Shown: positions 62,571-64,000 of the stretch, piece by piece
Position numbering within the stretch: position 1 is the stretch's first letter
How the letters are laid out: every line of letters begins with the position of its first letter
Assembly: GCA_965197525.1 (NCBI GenBank)
Contig: OZ240211.1
Location: 1,120,001-1,184,000, forward strand
Direction of reading: 5' to 3'
Origin: Nitrosopumilus sp.
GTDB taxonomy: Archaea; Thermoproteota; Nitrososphaeria; Nitrososphaerales; Nitrosopumilaceae
Length of the DNA: 64,000 nucleotides
The notes under the pieces: model-generated
The model's database searches: none
Seen by the model: only the letters and a program-made list of their open reading frames with translations
Told to the model about the DNA's origin: nothing
Translations under genes and position numbers: made by a program

Positions 62571-63419
62571 CTACTCCTTTTTTGTTATCTCTACTAGGGT
62601 GGGTCTTATAACTATACCATTTGAGGTATAGCCTCGCCTAAGCTCTTGTGTAATAGTACCCTCATCCAAACTGGGATCAGGGACAACAGATATTGCCTCA
62701 TGAAGATGTGGATCAAATATTTCGCCTAGGGCGTCAATGTGATGGATATTATATTTACTCAAGACAGAGTCCATATTCTTTAAGATAGAATTCATGCCTT
62801 CTGTATTAATTTTGCTTTCTATAAATACGTTTTTTGCTCGCAGAAAGTCATCATAGATTTTTATAAAATCTAGTGCGAATTCGTTGAGTTTGGTACTAAT
62901 GCCAGTCTCTATATCAGAGCTGGTCTTTCGGCGAAGGTTCTGATAATCTGCAAGCGCATGTTTTAACTTTTCTTCAAACTGAGACGACTTTAGTTTCTCT
63001 TGTTGGAGTAGCTGCAATAGTTGACTGGCTGTTAGTTTTGATGGCTCTGCGTTTATGTCGTTTTGGATAGAGTCGTCATTTGTTGTAGCAGAAGGTTCTG
63101 TTACGCTGTTGTCTTGTGTGGGTGATGTATTATCATTGTTGTTATTATCATTGTTATTGTTATTGTTATTATTATTTTTATTATTATTATTCACATCTCT
63201 AGTTTGAATGACTGGAACCTCGTCACCATCTTCTTTGTCATCCTGAAAATCGTTGGTACTATCACTGTCATCAGGATTGTCACCGTCTGATGCATTCAGA
63301 GTCTGTGTATCATTTAAGATATCCCTTGCCACATCATTAGAGGACAAGTTAGTTGAAGCATCATTTACATCTCGTGTTAATGATGACGATGAACCATCAA
63401 GGTTACCTCTAGTTGACAA
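62571..63419 (-). CDS. grpE: Nucleotide exchange factor GrpE with D/N-rich N-terminal extension
   Basis: ALADYQNLRR, FDPHLHEA and GYTSNGIVIRPTLV. Confidence 0.93.
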   Translation of the reverse strand: MSTRGNLDGSSSSLTRDVNDASTNLSSNDVARDILNDTQTLNASDGDNPDDSDSTNDFQDDKEDGDEVPVIQTRDVNNNNKNNNNNNNNNDNNNNDNTSPTQDNSVTEPSATTNDDSIQNDINAEPSKLTASQLLQLLQQEKLKSSQFEEKLKHALADYQNLRRKTSSDIETGISTKLNEFALDFIKIYDDFLRAKNVFIESKINTEGMNSILKNMDSVLSKYNIHHIDALGEIFDPHLHEAISVVPDPSLDEGTITQELRRGYTSNGIVIRPTLVEITKKE

Positions 63420-63442
63420 CTCAACATGAATAGCAATTATAG

Positions 63443-64000
63443 CTAATTTATATTAATATTGAGAACCTCGCACAGCGGATTTGCCTTGATGATAATCAGA
63501 TTAGAGTCGCTGGAACTCTTCTCAACTAGATCGGCGTCAAACTTTGAACACACAATAACGATTGTAATTTTGTCATCAAAGAACATATGAGAGCTTTGAT
63601 CAGCGTATGCTTCAACATCACCAATGTAATCACATAGTTTCGTCTTGAGAGTCTCTAACATGACGAGTTTGTCTCCGCGTATTGAGTACGGGTCAAGCGT
63701 CCATGATATGGCAACCTTTGTTTTACTTGCCTTGAGATTGTTGTTTTTGAGTGTTAAACGAGTTGTGTCAACTAACCGCTTCACATATGTATCAATTCCC
63801 TTTGTACTTGTATTAATCAGATACATCAGAGTGTTTGGACCTTCAAAGGATGTGCCAAGGGAACGCAAGTCAAACAGACCGCCTAACATCTCGTCGATGA
63901 ATATGTTCTGAAAACCAGTGGTGGTAAGATCCTGTTTTGGAATCTCTTTTTTAGCGTATTTGCAGACTTCCAAAACACTGGATATGGCAGAGAAACGAGA
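63443..64000 (-). CDS. Hypothetical protein upstream of grpE (5' end probably beyond the window)
   Basis: Frame stays open from 63973 to the window edge. Confidence 0.7.
   Translation of the reverse strand, partial: SRFSAISSVLEVCKYAKKEIPKQDLTTTGFQNIFIDEMLGGLFDLRSLGTSFEGPNTLMYLINTSTKGIDTYVKRLVDTTRLTLKNNNLKASKTKVAISWTLDPYSIRGDKLVMLETLKTKLCDYIGDVEAYADQSSHMFFDDKITIVIVCSKFDADLVEKSSSDSNLIIIKANPLCEVLNININ

Overview
This is an archaeal window, most likely from Nitrososphaerota (Thaumarchaeota; Nitrosopumilaceae-like). The placement rests on the tetraether synthase, gatD/gatE, CDC48, pelota, archaeal rpl2, archaeal SRP RNA and thaumarchaeal conserved proteins. The housekeeping backbone (tes, trmB, dtxR, pelA, cutA, site-2 protease, ttuA-like, SRP RNA, rpl2, cdc48, gatDE, hemB, tRNA-Leu(CAG), dnaJ-dnaK-grpE) is interrupted by several accessory blocks. 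(1) A surface-glycan locus (1-10.7 kb) contains an IS66 relic and a coupled triad of small membrane protein, kinase-like/methyltransferase and LtaS-like enzyme. (2) A tightly coupled nurA-herA-C5 DNA methyltransferase operon is bracketed by 104-bp inverted repeats (11-15.5 kb); this is the best candidate for an undescribed defence/restriction system. (3) Tandem TPR genes carry recent 102-bp internal duplications. (4) An intact AbiE-type toxin-antitoxin pair has palindromic operators. (5) A 1216-aa putative PD-(D/E)xK nuclease gene is flanked by direct repeats that are themselves fragments of a paralog of that gene. (6) A defence island between gatE and hemB holds a Hachiman-like pair, an orphaned AbiEi with a truncated toxin, and an HNH nuclease. 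Pseudogenes, TPR expansion and trinucleotide expansions in core genes suggest a host-associated lineage (inference). All family assignments come from visual motif recognition; no searches were run.
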